Positions 32,463-44,730 of a stretch of 64,000 bases of DNA are shown here, piece by piece; the first letter of the stretch is position 1; each line of letters begins with the position of its first letter. The position numbers were made by a program, and so were the translations under genes. The DNA is from Owenia fusiformis. Lineage: Eukaryota. Below the pieces are notes generated by a model. The model was not told the origin of the DNA and made no database searches. It saw nothing but the letters and a program-made list of their open reading frames with translations. Location of the stretch: assembly GCA_903813345.2 (NCBI GenBank), contig CAIIXF020000001.1, positions 4,340,001 through 4,404,000 of the forward strand. The letters run 5' to 3'.

Positions 32463-35400
32463 TCAGGTGAAATACTGTGGTTTCTTCACGTTGATTCCGT
32501 ATTCCTGCAAGGCGGGCGTCAGATCTTCCATAGTAAGTGTGTACTTCTTATCCTATAATAAATAATAAAGCACATTTTAAACCTAGCATATGCATAACAC
32601 TGTAGCATATCTGGAATACTAAAGAATTGGAATGGCAACTCATATCCCATTGTCCCCTGTTTCGGATAAGTGAAATATGTCACACCTGTTTCGACCATGT
32701 ACTTCAGGGGCAGGGCCATTTTGGATTCTAAAACATTTCCAGAATACAGAATATTTTTTTTTTTTTTTATAAAAATATTTATTCAAAAACATAAACGCAA
32801 AATACATAAACACAAACAATACTTAAATCAATAAAACTATGCACAAACGGAAATATACATATATCCTGGATTAGAATTTATACAATAGTAAAATAGGATT
32901 TTCACAGCATTATATACTCTATCAAAATTTTGATCCTTATACAATAGTAAAAGTCCATAAAATCCATTCAATCTTAGTAAGCAGCAAAGGCATTTATAAT
33001 TTTCTTAAAATCATGAGCAATATTTACTTTTCCTTGCAGTTTAAAAATGTGTTCATAAATATTTAATTTAGATGCTATTTTCGATTTAAAATTTGCTTGT
33101 TTATATTGAGTTGGATTGTCTGAGTTTTTTGTCCAAATTTCATGAATACATTTCATCAATATTGTGTAAAGCAACATTCTAAATTCTAATTTGCTGTTCA
33201 TGCTTTGGTACCCCAGAAGTATATTTTTCCAAGTAATATCCACCTTTAGTGTTTCACTTAGAATATTCCATAGATTTTTAATTAACACACAATCATATAA
33301 TAAATGTCTAATGTCTTGTACAACATTACACTCACTACATTCTTTTGGTACATTCATATTCCACTTATTTACCAGTTTTCCGCAGGCTAAGAAATTATGT
33401 AATAGTTTAAAATTAAATTCTGATAACTTTTGGCATTCAATATCTTTTATCTTGTTTTTGTATATATTTCTAAAAGTGATTCTATCGTTCTGAATATTGA
33501 AGGATTTTGTCCAATCTGCTTCCATCTTTGGTCTAATAAATTTATCTTTCAATAGGATTTTATAAAAGAACTGTGAACTTAATTTCTCAAGGTTTTCATA
33601 TTTGTCATTTCTAAATAGGAAAGAGTTTGAATGCCTTTTGTTAGCATATTTCATACTTTGTTTACATTCATATTTTATATTGTGCAAAACAAGTCTAATT
33701 CTTAAAAATTCGGTCATCCAATTTTGCTTATTCTTTAATCTTAACAAAACAGTTTTCTCATCAATGAGATTATTTCTCTCGTCAAAAAAGTCCTTGACAT
33801 AAATAAAACCTGCATTTATCCAATTTTTCATGTACAAAGTTTCTTTCCTTCATAAAAACCGTTTGTTAAGCCATAAAACTTCTGTTCCAGGATGTTTATT
33901 TTTCTCTATTTCCTTACATCTATTGTATGCACAAAAGACATGTTTGTAGAACTTATAGTGATCTAAAATCTTAACATTTTTGTCAAAATTTGTTTTGTAA
34001 AAATCGTTTATTGTAAAACCAAGCTTATTTATGATAAATTCTGGAATTATTTTAACCGATGTGTTTGTTGTTTTACAATACAGAATATGTTTATTTCTAA
34101 AATCTTACATATGGGTCAATATTTGGCTGCCATCTTTACGAAGAATAAATCATAAATATAGCATATGGGTCAATTATTTTTTATGGACTATTTACTTCCC
34201 AGAGATCTCACAATTAATGGAAATGCCCATTTTCCCTATGCCCCATACTTGTCCAATGGGAGACAGACCAAAAAACCCAGAATTTTTATAAAATACATAA
34301 ACCTAACACTAATATGTTATCCACAAATTCATGCAGAAATATTCATTACTTTAATTTGAAATGAAAGATTTTCGTGGCAGCAATTTAATCCCTTTGTTCA
34401 TTGGGATAACAAATATCCAAATGAGTTTCCATTCGAGCCAAGCTGATTTTATTCCAAGAGTGAACATGGTATATCTCACAATTCCAGTCTTAACACAACG
34501 GTAACTTTCTGACCAATATCAAGTCAAAGAATGGTTTAGCTAAGAGTAAAACAACACAATGAAAATGTCTCAATAGTTCACTGTATCTTGCACTTTAGAA
34601 TGACTACTTACTTTTCCTTGTTTCTTTGAGCTCTGACCTGATGCCTTCATCTTGCAGTGCTGTAAAGCATCATTAGCCACATCTGAGATAAACTTTTGAG
34701 CTGCCAGTGAGATCAATCGCACACTGCAAATATTCAATATACAATGTATTTAGTAAGCTAAAAGCCTTTGTGAACCCCCTCCCTACTACACCTTCCAACA
34801 AGGTCTTGCATATTCTATAGAATAGATCTATAAACTTTTGAACTGCCAGTGAGGTCAACCGCCCACAAATATTTTAATATAGTCTGATCAATACATTAAG
34901 GTGAATGACGTCAGTAATTACAGTAAAAGCCTGAATTATTAATTATTCAGCACATTCCTTCAAACAATTTCATATCCAGTTACAGAAAAGTGCTTTTATG
35001 TACTATGTGGGGCTATATTACAAATGCATTATACTTCTTTCCTGGAGTTAAAGTATTTTTGGCAATTTGATGGCAGTGCATTAAAGCCTACCATTTGCAA
35101 ATCATTTTGATTCTTGGGTTACAAGAACTTACATTCGAGGGTCTTGAGTATCAAATCCAGCATGGCTTAAGTAGTATGATGTCACAGAGTCAGGAATCTG
35201 AAATTATTGAGACATTCACTTAAAACATGGCACCATTCAGTTGGTGAAGTCAGTGACTCTGAAATGAGACCATTTTTGTAAATTACCAGCGTGGAGCCCA
35301 ATGAATATGAACATTGGTTCAGACAAATTTCAAAGAGGGAATTGCAAGTGATTTGATTTTAAACAATCAATGAATCATTTGTTTTATTAAGGGTATTACA

Positions 35401-38400
35401 ATAAATATGCCACTATTTGCATTGAATTATATATACATGTACATGCAGACTATGAACATCAAATTGTCCGAATATAAGAGAACCAATAAGACTTACTGTG
35501 GGTGTGTAGTCCTCTAGTTGCTGAGTAAAGTCACTAAGTGGTTGTCCTGCTAGCCTCTTAGGAGCAGATGCTTCTCTGTCCACTTGCTCTTCTTTTACCT
35601 TCACATCATCTTAAAACACACAAATAAAATATGAATAGATTTTGGTCACAATCAATAATCATTTATTACCAAACTGTAAAGATATGGTTGTAGTCCGTAT
35701 TAAAACCATATAATATATCTTGTGATACTGTAACCCAACTTATATTTGATGCTTTTGATTAATATAAATATATTGTAAATTTTTAGTTATTCTGAAATTT
35801 AGTGGCTATTAATTTTCGTAGATTTGTGACTTCTCAAAATTCACTGAAAGAGCTAACTTCATTTTGAGCTATTTTGTGAGAATGTTCATTTTAATAATGA
35901 TCTTTTAGAACCCGAAATGCAAGAATACAGCTCAGAATACAGTTACCAAACTTTTGTCACCTACCCTCCACGCGGAGTCTAGTTATAAACTACCCTCTCC
36001 TAGTTGTTAGACTATATCCTGTAGTCTGAAATCTTTTTGAAATTTTGAATGAAAATAGCTGTGTTACTTTTCATAGTGTTTAATTAAACCTTAATACTTA
36101 ATTGAATTGTTATAATGTTTATTTTTGGAAAGTAAAGCTTCCTATTCACCTTTCCACAAAGTCAGCTCATGAATATTATAATGAGCTGTTTAAAAATCTG
36201 TGACGTCAATGAGAGAAACTTTTTCCCGCGAAAAACAAATGCAATTGAGTTTACATGGAAATCATCGGTTGATTGCTGTAAGTTTTACCTCTTCAAATGT
36301 GCAAGTAATCAGTAAATTATTGACAGATTTTTATTGAACGTTAAATTGACATTTATTTACGCCTTCTAACCAATTTAAATATCAAATTTCTGTTCATAAT
36401 GAGTAAATAATTTGAAGAGAACTACTCCCGGTCAGTTTTCAATCATAATAGTAACTGGATGTGAACAGGTGAAAGTATCATAATCATAAGTTCACCAACA
36501 TTATAACATGTCTCTCGTGCATAAAATAGATAGACAATCTATTTTAAGATAATCTTCAGTGTCATTTGATGAATGACCCGTTCAAATTAAAAACATTTGC
36601 TCTTATTCATTAAATCATTGACTTCTCTAGTTCCATAATTCAATCAACTAAACGATTACTTCTTATTTATTTCTGCATGTCATATCAGATCGTGTCTTGA
36701 GAATATTATACTTGAAAACATCGGGATATAGAATTGATATCTTGGAGGAGCGCAACATATATAGAGATTATCCTATATGAGGTTCAGGATATTGGGATTT
36801 CCCCGAGGCAAATATAATATATCTACCCGAGGGCCGCAGGTCCCGAGGGAAAATATATTATATTGGCCAAGGATAGTCCCAATATCCTGAACCGACTATA
36901 GGATAATATCTTTATCCCATACCAATCTTGGTCATCTGGTTCACATTGTTCAATCGTGGAAATATTTTAGAATATCCATTTCCAGTTTTGTTTTCTTGGC
37001 CATGGGCGGATTTTCCTGTTCTCTCAAATATTCCCACATTTATTTTCTCGAATTTTTGATTGATTAAGTTTTTTTTTTTAGTTTTTTTTTTATTATTTAT
37101 TTATTTCATTGATATAGTTCAAAAATACAATTACAATAGCATCCCTAAATCGCCAGAGGGCATTATATAGGAATGGTGAGAGGCTGGGGGTGGCAGGCAG
37201 ACAGGGTCCCGGGCCGGAGCAGGTGTGACAGGACAACAGGATATCAGAGAGAGAGATATGATGGAGGGAATTAGCTATTGTCTATAATGAAGTCAAGTAT
37301 CAGTGAAATGGCTTTAGAGTTTACATCTATGCTTAAGTTTGGGCTTCCTGTTTTCAAAATGGAGATAAAATCGTACTGGGGAAGATTATTATTGAGAGAA
37401 GGTTCTAATTCAGCAAGTTTATCCCAGAGATCCTGTCTTACTAAGGTTAAGCGATTGCACTGGAAAAGAATATGCTTTAAGGTTTGAGAGCTGCCACAAG
37501 CACAATTAGGGCTGTCAACAGAGTTAAAATTATGGGCATAAAATTGAGCTTTTAAAAATAAGTCAGCTCTTACTTTATTCAACACTATCTCACGCCGTCT
37601 AGAAAGATTCAGTTGACTTGTGGTCAAAATTTTAGAGGGGTTTTGGAGGAAAAGCCGTTGGTGTTTTTTGAAATTATGAAGAGTTTTCTTGGTTTTAATA
37701 GAAGGGGGGAGCTCTAGCCATTTTGAGATTGCAGAAGGTATTGCTGAGGATGAGAATCTAGCAGAGCATCTTATGGGCATTTTGAATGGATCAATGTATC
37801 TCAAGTTTCTATTCCTAACATTACTATACTTATCAAAAATGTCTGTGATATATGAGGGACTTGTACCATTGGCAACTTTGAACATAAAATTATTTGATTG
37901 TATTCTACGTCTAGATTCAAGTGTTGGCCAGTTTAGGAGACTTAGGACCTTTTCTGTACTGCTCCCTTGGATGCAGCCAGAGCAATAGAGTGCCGCTGTG
38001 TAATATAGACTATCGAGTCTTCGCAAAAGAAATTTAGAAGCTGTGCCATATAAAATGGCACCATAATCAAAGTGAGGAAGAATGAATGAGTTTAAGATTG
38101 TTTCTAGGTGCTTGCTCCCAAGCTTGAATTTGAGTTTCTTTAATGGGTTTAACATTTTTCTTATTTTGACTAGTAAATCACCAATATGCTTATCATAAGA
38201 TAAACATGGGTCAAAAATGAGTCCTAAATGTTTGTGCTCGGTATCTCTTTTGATTTCTATATTGTTTAGTTTTGAAGTTGACACATTATCAGTTTTTGTT
38301 CTAGGTGAGTGAAAAATCATCTCGGAACTCTTCTCCGGTTTAAAATCAAGTTTCCAAGTGTTAGACCATTCTTCTACTTTAATTAGATTGGATTTTACCA

Positions 38401-41400
38401 CTGCTTCTATTTGTTGTGGTTGTTTTCGGTCAAAAGGATGGTGTAATGAGGTATCATCTGCATAAATGTAGCAATGACCATCCAGATTGTCTGGAAGGTC
38501 ATTAATATATATTAGAAAAAGTATTGGCCCTAGTATTGAGCCCTGTGGGACACCGCAGTTTATAAAATTAGTTTCTGAGTAATTGGAGGTCTCACCAGAA
38601 ATTTGAACAGCAATTTTCCTGTTGGTAAGATAAGATGTGATCATTTTAAGGATTTGACCTTGAAAACCATACGCCTTGAGTTTATGGAGGAGTAACGAGT
38701 GCGGAACCCGGTCAAAAGCGGCGGCTACGTCCAAAAATATTGTTTTGGAGGCTTGTCCTTGTTCAAAAGTAGTTTGAAGAAAATGCTCGATAGATAAAAG
38801 TTGATGAATGGTGCTATGACCAGGTAAAAATCCGGACTGATACTTAAAAAGAAGATCATTATCAAGTAAGTGTTTTCTGATTCTGTCAGCAAGAACCTTT
38901 TCAAAAACTTTGGATATGGAGCTTAGCAAGGTGATAGGTCTGTAGTTATTAACATTTGATTTATCATTTTTTTTAAAGATTGGACAAACATTGCCTATTT
39001 TCCAAATATCTGGATAAGTGCATTTAGTTAGAAGTTTATTAAATAATATGGTAAGAGGTTTTGAAATGGTATGAGCTGTAAGGTTCAACATTTTGTTTGT
39101 GATATTATCTGGCCCCCATGCTTTGGAGGTATCTAAGGAGAGAATTATTTTCATAATTTCAAATTGGTCAGTCTTAGCGGAGATGAGTAAGGAATTTGTC
39201 CTCATAGGGAATAGAGGCAAATGGTCAAAACTGGCATCTGTATGGTTTTTAGAAGCAAAATAGTTCATGAATTTGTTTGCAATATCAAGGTTATTTGAAA
39301 ATGCGTGTCCAGTAATTTCATCATAAATGCTAGATATGCTGTTTTTCGTCAAATTTGTGCCTAAAAATGATTTGATGATTCTCCAATAATTTTTATCGGA
39401 CTTATTTAGCTGGTCAATTGATGATAAGGTTTTTTTTCGTGATCTATTTTGGCTTGTTCAACAAGTTGGGCAACTTTAGTTGCCTGTTGGTCATATATTA
39501 ATTTACTAAGTTGAGAGGGAGATTTGGAAAATTTCTTGTAAAGTGTTTTCTTCTTCGATAGTTCTTTTTTAAGTGTACTGGTGATCCATGGCTGATCATT
39601 TGACCGAACAGTTATAATTTTATTTGGAATTCTGGATTTGTATATATCCATGAGTTTATTCATAAAGTTAGAGGTAGCCAAATCTAAGTCTATATTCTCA
39701 TTTAAAATATGTAACCAGTTTGTGTTCCTGATTGCGTTGTTCAGATTTTCTAAGTTGACTTCGTTGTATTTCCAAATAGTTTTTTTTATAGGTTTGGATT
39801 TGGTTACTCCAATCTTTATTTGTGCAGTGATAGTGCTGTGGTCGGTCATGCCTATAGGGTCACATATTTCAAAATGGTCAAATATATCAGGTGAGTTGGT
39901 CAAAATATGATCTATGCATGATTTGGAATGGTCAGTAATTCTAGTTGGTTCGTTAATAATTTGAACATAGTCATTAAGATCTAAGGTTTCCAAGAGTTTT
40001 GTCCCTGCAAGATTGGTATCTTGGTTGTCAAACCATATGGAATGTTTAGCGTTGAGGTCACCCATCAAAATAACATGATCAAAGGATGGTCGGTACCTTT
40101 CTATTTGTTCAAGTAAGTGTTATAATGAAGAAAAATAATTACGCGTTTCAGTGGCATTCTGGCTCGGTGATCTATAGCATGAGCCAATAAGGATTCTTTT
40201 ATGGTTCACAATGATAGTCAAAAGAAGGGCATCAATCCCATTTAAATTAAGATCACCAGGTTTAAATGCCTTGGTCACTATACTGTTATGGGTATAAAGG
40301 ACCAGACCCCTGCCAAGTTCACTAGAAAATGTATTGTAATCATTTAAGTCAAAGTCACCAGAATCCATCCTTATTTTTGAGATACCGGCCTCACAGAGGC
40401 CGACAACACTTGGGTTAATTTCATTTACCCTGAGTTTTAGGGATTCAAATCTTAGGCCGTTATTGGCTGTCAAGCTATTAATGTTTGAGAACAGAAATGT
40501 CAAATTATTTTGTCCTGGATTAGGATGAACATGAACATTGATTAAGGTACAGCTGGAAAGTAACATTTTGGTAAAAAATTGCTATACCAGCACATGTTAT
40601 TTTCTGGTACAAAATAAAGTATGAAGACATGTGTCAATTGCCTTGCTTTTTTCAGGAAAGTATCATAACACTGTCTTCTTTAAGAATATCTAGTAGGAGT
40701 TCAATGGGAACTCCAGGGGCCCTCCAGGAAATTCTGATATTTCACAATTTCTTTTTTTCCAAATTTTCTTTCAAAGTTTCCAGACAACACAGGAGCTACC
40801 ATTGACCCGTTTCCAGGTTTACTAAAAGTAAACAGTGTAATGATACTTTCCTGAAAAAAGCAAGGAAATACACACATGCCTTCATACTTAATTCTGTACC
40901 AGAAAATAACATGTGCAGGTATAGCAATTTTTTACCAAAATTTTACTTTCCAGCTGAACCTTAAGTGGATGCTCCTTCCCTTTTTTAAACCATCAAACAG
41001 ATCCGGATTGTCTGTGTTTTCTCCATTGTCGTTTATAGTCGTTTAATTTTCAATTTTTTTTTCAATTTTTTTCAAAACTTTTTTTTTCAATTTTTTCAAA
41101 GTTTCAAATTTTTCAAGTATTTTTTTCAAAATATTTTTTGAAATAGTATCTGTCGGATACGATTGGATATCACGTCATATGGATCGGATACGATTTTAGT
41201 GGCCTATACGAAAATTATCTTGTGTTGATATCCCCATATAATATGTATATTTAGTATCCATCGGATAAACATGTATATATATTCCAATGTATATATTTTC
41301 CGCTGTGTATCTCCCGATCCAAATATTCCCGGGAAAATGTTTTTTATTCAGTGTAGAAACAGTCAATTTGTTAAAATATCTTGCTTAAGGAAAACTGTCA

Positions 41401-44300
41401 AAATAGATCCAGCAGACCGTAGATTTTTTCTTAACCAAAATGATGATGGATTTCGCGAAAATAATGAGAATGAGAACGCTTAATACAAAACAAACCTGAA
41501 TATGCAGGGTGTCCTGAAAACTTCACTTGTGAAACCTCACTTCTCATAGCTAGGATAAAAAATTAGTTACGTGATGATCGGTTTTGTATAATGATCACTG
41601 GGAAGATTTTAGAGAAAGAGCGTATATCATATAATGTTTATTGATGATATGTTGACATTGCTGATCATAATTGACATTGCTGATGGCGAATAAATACCAA
41701 AAGGTAACGCTTTGCCCTAATGTCTTTCATGGTGAATTTCTGATGGAACTTCTTACTACGACATAACAACCATTTAACAGTATATTGTATGACCACTACC
41801 AGATAATTTAACCGACTTGTTTGTAATTTCCCAATTTACATTTTTGTTTACAATCGCACGAGCCCGGGTATGTGAGGCTGATCTGAGAAGTCTTAATAAA
41901 CGATAGTTCTGTCAAAAAAATAATTAAACTAAGTTACATAAGATTCGGAATGAAAGTGCCCCATTCATATTTCATATTTGATTTAAAATAATTAGTGCAT
42001 GGGGCAAATAGAATCCTTTTTATTGCAGTTAATTCAAAATATTCCTATGTTGGCTGTACTAATTCTTCAAAACTTTCAGTCATTGACGTCATTGATTTGA
42101 CTCATTTGCATACAACCAATCAGCGCGCCAGAAATTATCGATTTTCTTTACTTTTTGGAAAGGTGAATAATTGATAATTTTTTTGCAAAAAAATTCTCTG
42201 CAATTCCCACAGGACAGAACATAAGGTTGACAGATTCACCTTTTAGTCTGTCAGATACAGACTTCTCTCCTAGTATACAGTAAAATTTTACGAAGTGTCT
42301 GGAGAACCTTAGATTCTAAGGCTCTTTAGCCAAAATGCTAAAGAGCCTTAAAATTTAAGGCTATTTAGCTGTGAACATAGTATTTTGGTACGAGCCTTTG
42401 TATTTATAATCCGTGTTTATTTTGTTTTTTATTGATGTTTTCGTAATCTAAACGAAAAAACAACAGTCTCCAAAGTTTTTCAACCCAGAATGCCACTTAA
42501 AAAGATCACACATGTATATCACCATGAAGTTTCGCAAATTTTAGCACAATCGTGAAAAGACCACTCTGGCGTAGTGGTTAGGGTGTTCGCTTTGCACTTC
42601 TGCGGCGTGGGTTCGATTCCACATTGGAACACTTTTTTTTGTTATGAAAAACAAGCCGGAAGTTTGTTTTCTAGAATTTTTGGGCTTGCTCCATCTTGAT
42701 GCAATTTTCCGTGAATGCAGGGACATCAGCCCGGGGACATCACAGAATACACTTCAAAATCTATTGCCTATTAGATTTCAATGCTGTTTTTTAAGATAGT
42801 TTTGGGAGTGGTGACTTAGACCGGAAGTAAATTTATGAGTCGAGTAAAAAGTGATAATGCTCTTTTTATGAAGTGGGGAAGTCAAACCAGCACTAATAGA
42901 AGTCAAAGTAAGCTTTCGAAGATTATTTAGAAACATTTAAAATTAAATCGACGGCAAAATTGGAATTGACTGAAATCTTTATGTTTTCTTCTTCATCTTC
43001 TTCGCGGACCTCAGAGAAGACACTTCCGGTTTAATAATCAGTGATTTTATCGATCAAAAAATATTTCTTTTTGAATTTGTCCGATATCTGCTAATATGGT
43101 GTGTATATTTGTGCTGATTGTTAAATTACAAAAAAGGGTGGGTATAGAATATGCCAAAGTCGTTTGATCTTGTCCCAGAAACAATATTTCGTCATTTCTG
43201 TCGCCTGGAATTCCTTTAAGGCTCTCTAGCAGAATTGGCTATCAAAATGCTAAAGAGCCTTAAAATATTTTGGTAACCCATTTGGCTAGAGAGCCTTAAA
43301 TTTTAAGGCTCTCCAGGCACGACCAAAATTTTAAATGTTTGGACTACTTTGGATTTAAAAAATAAGCAATCAAATGACTATATTGCAACAGTCTATGAAA
43401 AAATAGAAACCTATGTACAAGTCCTAACTTTTGTATATTTCAGATAGTTATGTATAATGTGCAGCAAAGCTGTGGCCTTTTGTAATTTAGGGAGTTTCAG
43501 CCATGTACATTTTTTGAAAATAACATGGCAGAGAATCATCAAAATATAAGAGGCCACAGTTATGATAGCTAAACTATGTTTCTTCCTACTGGCTTGTCAT
43601 TTTCGGAAGTTATGATATGTTATATTACCGAACATGTGTGAAAATGTAATGTTTGTTCGATGCTCAGATGTTCGCATTTTATTTAGCTCTCGTAAAATGA
43701 ACGAACAAACATTCCATTTTCACACATGTTCAGCAATATAATGTATCATAACTTCCGGAAATGACAAGCCAGCAAGAACATTTTTGGGAATTTTTACAGT
43801 TCGTTTACATTTCTTGTATATCTGTACTTATTGTTGATCGGACAAAAAGATAAGCTGATGTAATTACATTGGAGTTCGTTTACTACCATTTGGAAGACAC
43901 GTGAGGGTCCCATTCATCAGGTAACACTCATATGTCGAAGTTAAGTTCTTGCCTTTTTTAACACGTAACAAAGGAGTAGTTCTTCAGTAGGTCTATTTCT
44001 AAATAGGCCGTATGTACACAAATATCATTTTTTGAAAATAAGCAAACCAGAGAACTGCTATTTCAAAAATTGTATTAGTGTTTACATAAAGACTGAATTG
44101 AAACTATCAAACAAATCAATGATCAACGATTTCAAAACCGATTATCACCCACCAATTCATAATTTTCCCTGAATTCAATCATTATTCCCAACTATATCGG
44201 TAGACTATGGGGAATGTTCAAATTGCGGATAAATTTTCGCTGTGATTTAGACAATAACTAGTACTATAAATGAGTAATGGAACTTACCCTCTTCTTTCAT
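32463..44300 (-). CDS. TAF10: Transcription initiation factor TFIID subunit 10, 5 coding exons, 130 aa
   Basis: Exons 44300-44288 (MKEE+G|gtaagt), 35609-35497, 35197-35133, 34723-34612, 32552-32463, all phase-consistent (393 nt). Encodes ...QLEDYTPTIPDSVTSYYL...DPRIVRLISLAAQKFISDVANDALQHCK...YTLTMEDLTPALQEYGINVKKPQYFT*. The 13-nt first exon is inferred from phase and position. Confidence 0.93.
32755..34076 (-). mobile_element. 5'-truncated L1/Tx1-type LINE (ORF2 C-terminus only) in the last TAF10 intron
   Basis: T-tail 32754-32768. TSD AATACAGAATAT at 32743-32754 and 34077-34088. ORF 32974-33837 carries CSEC...H...C, with an in-frame TGA just upstream of it. Confidence 0.88.
36761..36915. 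repeat. Long imperfect hairpin, part of a non-autonomous repeat
   Basis: ATTATCCTATA..GGTTCAGGATATTGGGA ... TCCCAATATCCTGAACC..TATAGGATAAT, centred on CCGCAGG. Confidence 0.7.
37069..40536 (-). mobile_element. CR1/L2-group LINE, disabled APE-RT ORF (one nonsense, one frameshift), in TAF10 intron 1
   Basis: ORF pieces 40536-40120 (SNINSL, CYRSP), 40068-39406 (GDLN, CIDHI, TDH) and 39352-37271 (KAWGPD, NYRPITLL, GVPQGSILGP, YADD). In-frame TAA at 40120-40122, frameshift near 39410-39440. A-rich tail. TSD ATTGATTAAG at 37059-37068 and 40537-40546. Confidence 0.92.
40546..40960. mobile_element. Kolobok-type MITE (TTAA TSD, GG termini)
   Basis: TTAA|GGTACAGCTGGAAAG ... CTTTCCAGCTGAACC|TTAA, with ~130-bp imperfect TIRs. 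Confidence 0.8.
42291..43324. mobile_element. Mutator-like non-autonomous element, 9-bp TSD, carrying a tRNA-like sequence
   Basis: TSD AAAATTTTA at 42282-42290 and 43325-43333. TIRs GTGTCTGGAG.../...CTCCAGGCAC with AGAGCCTTA/TAAGGCTCT sub-repeats. Confidence 0.78.
42560..42640 (+). pseudogene. tRNA-derived Pol III-type unit
   Basis: A-box TGGCGTAGTGG (42567-42577), B-box GGTTCGATTCC (42610-42620), T8 terminator (42633-42640). Acceptor and anticodon stems do not pair. Confidence 0.65.
43590..43772. repeat. Fold-back palindrome with ~70-bp arms
   Basis: CTGGCTTGTCATTTTCGGAAGTTATGATA...AACATGTGTGAAAATG / CATTTTCACACATGTT...TATCATAACTTCCGGAAATGACAAGCCAG. Confidence 0.8.
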
Positions 44301-44730
44301 ATTTACAGATTTAATCTAGCACTTTTTAGATTTGATTTTTTTCAAAAAAAATTCTAGTTTGTGGCGTGTCATGGTTATTTACAATGACACACCCCCAGAG
44401 ACGTCATTCACTACCACACACATGTTGCAAGAATTTTATCTATTGCGGATATAAACAAGAATTTACAGTATTGTGGGATGGTTAGCTTGGCCACAACATC
44501 GTATATTCCAAGATCAATATATACAGAAACATTTTAGGAGTTGTGAAGAAAAACCGACCTGCTTTTGATACATAATCAGCGTATCACAACTCGTACTCAG
44601 TAAAATCACATCTCAGTTTTACTGAGTTAGATCTAAAAACCAAAACTTGGGCATATATTCAGACTATTTCTCATCATTTCACATTTCGTTTATGTAAGCT
44701 GGTCTTATTTGTGGACAGGACCTACATACT
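44301..44730. promoter_or_regulatory. Probable bidirectional promoter/5' UTR region, TAF10-GLS
   Basis: Only 430 bp separate the two divergent ATGs. CRE-like GACGTCA at 44400-44406. Confidence 0.6.

Noticed and set aside
42560-42631. Functional tRNA gene
   Set aside because: A and B boxes are present but acceptor and anticodon stems do not pair, and it lies inside a transposon.
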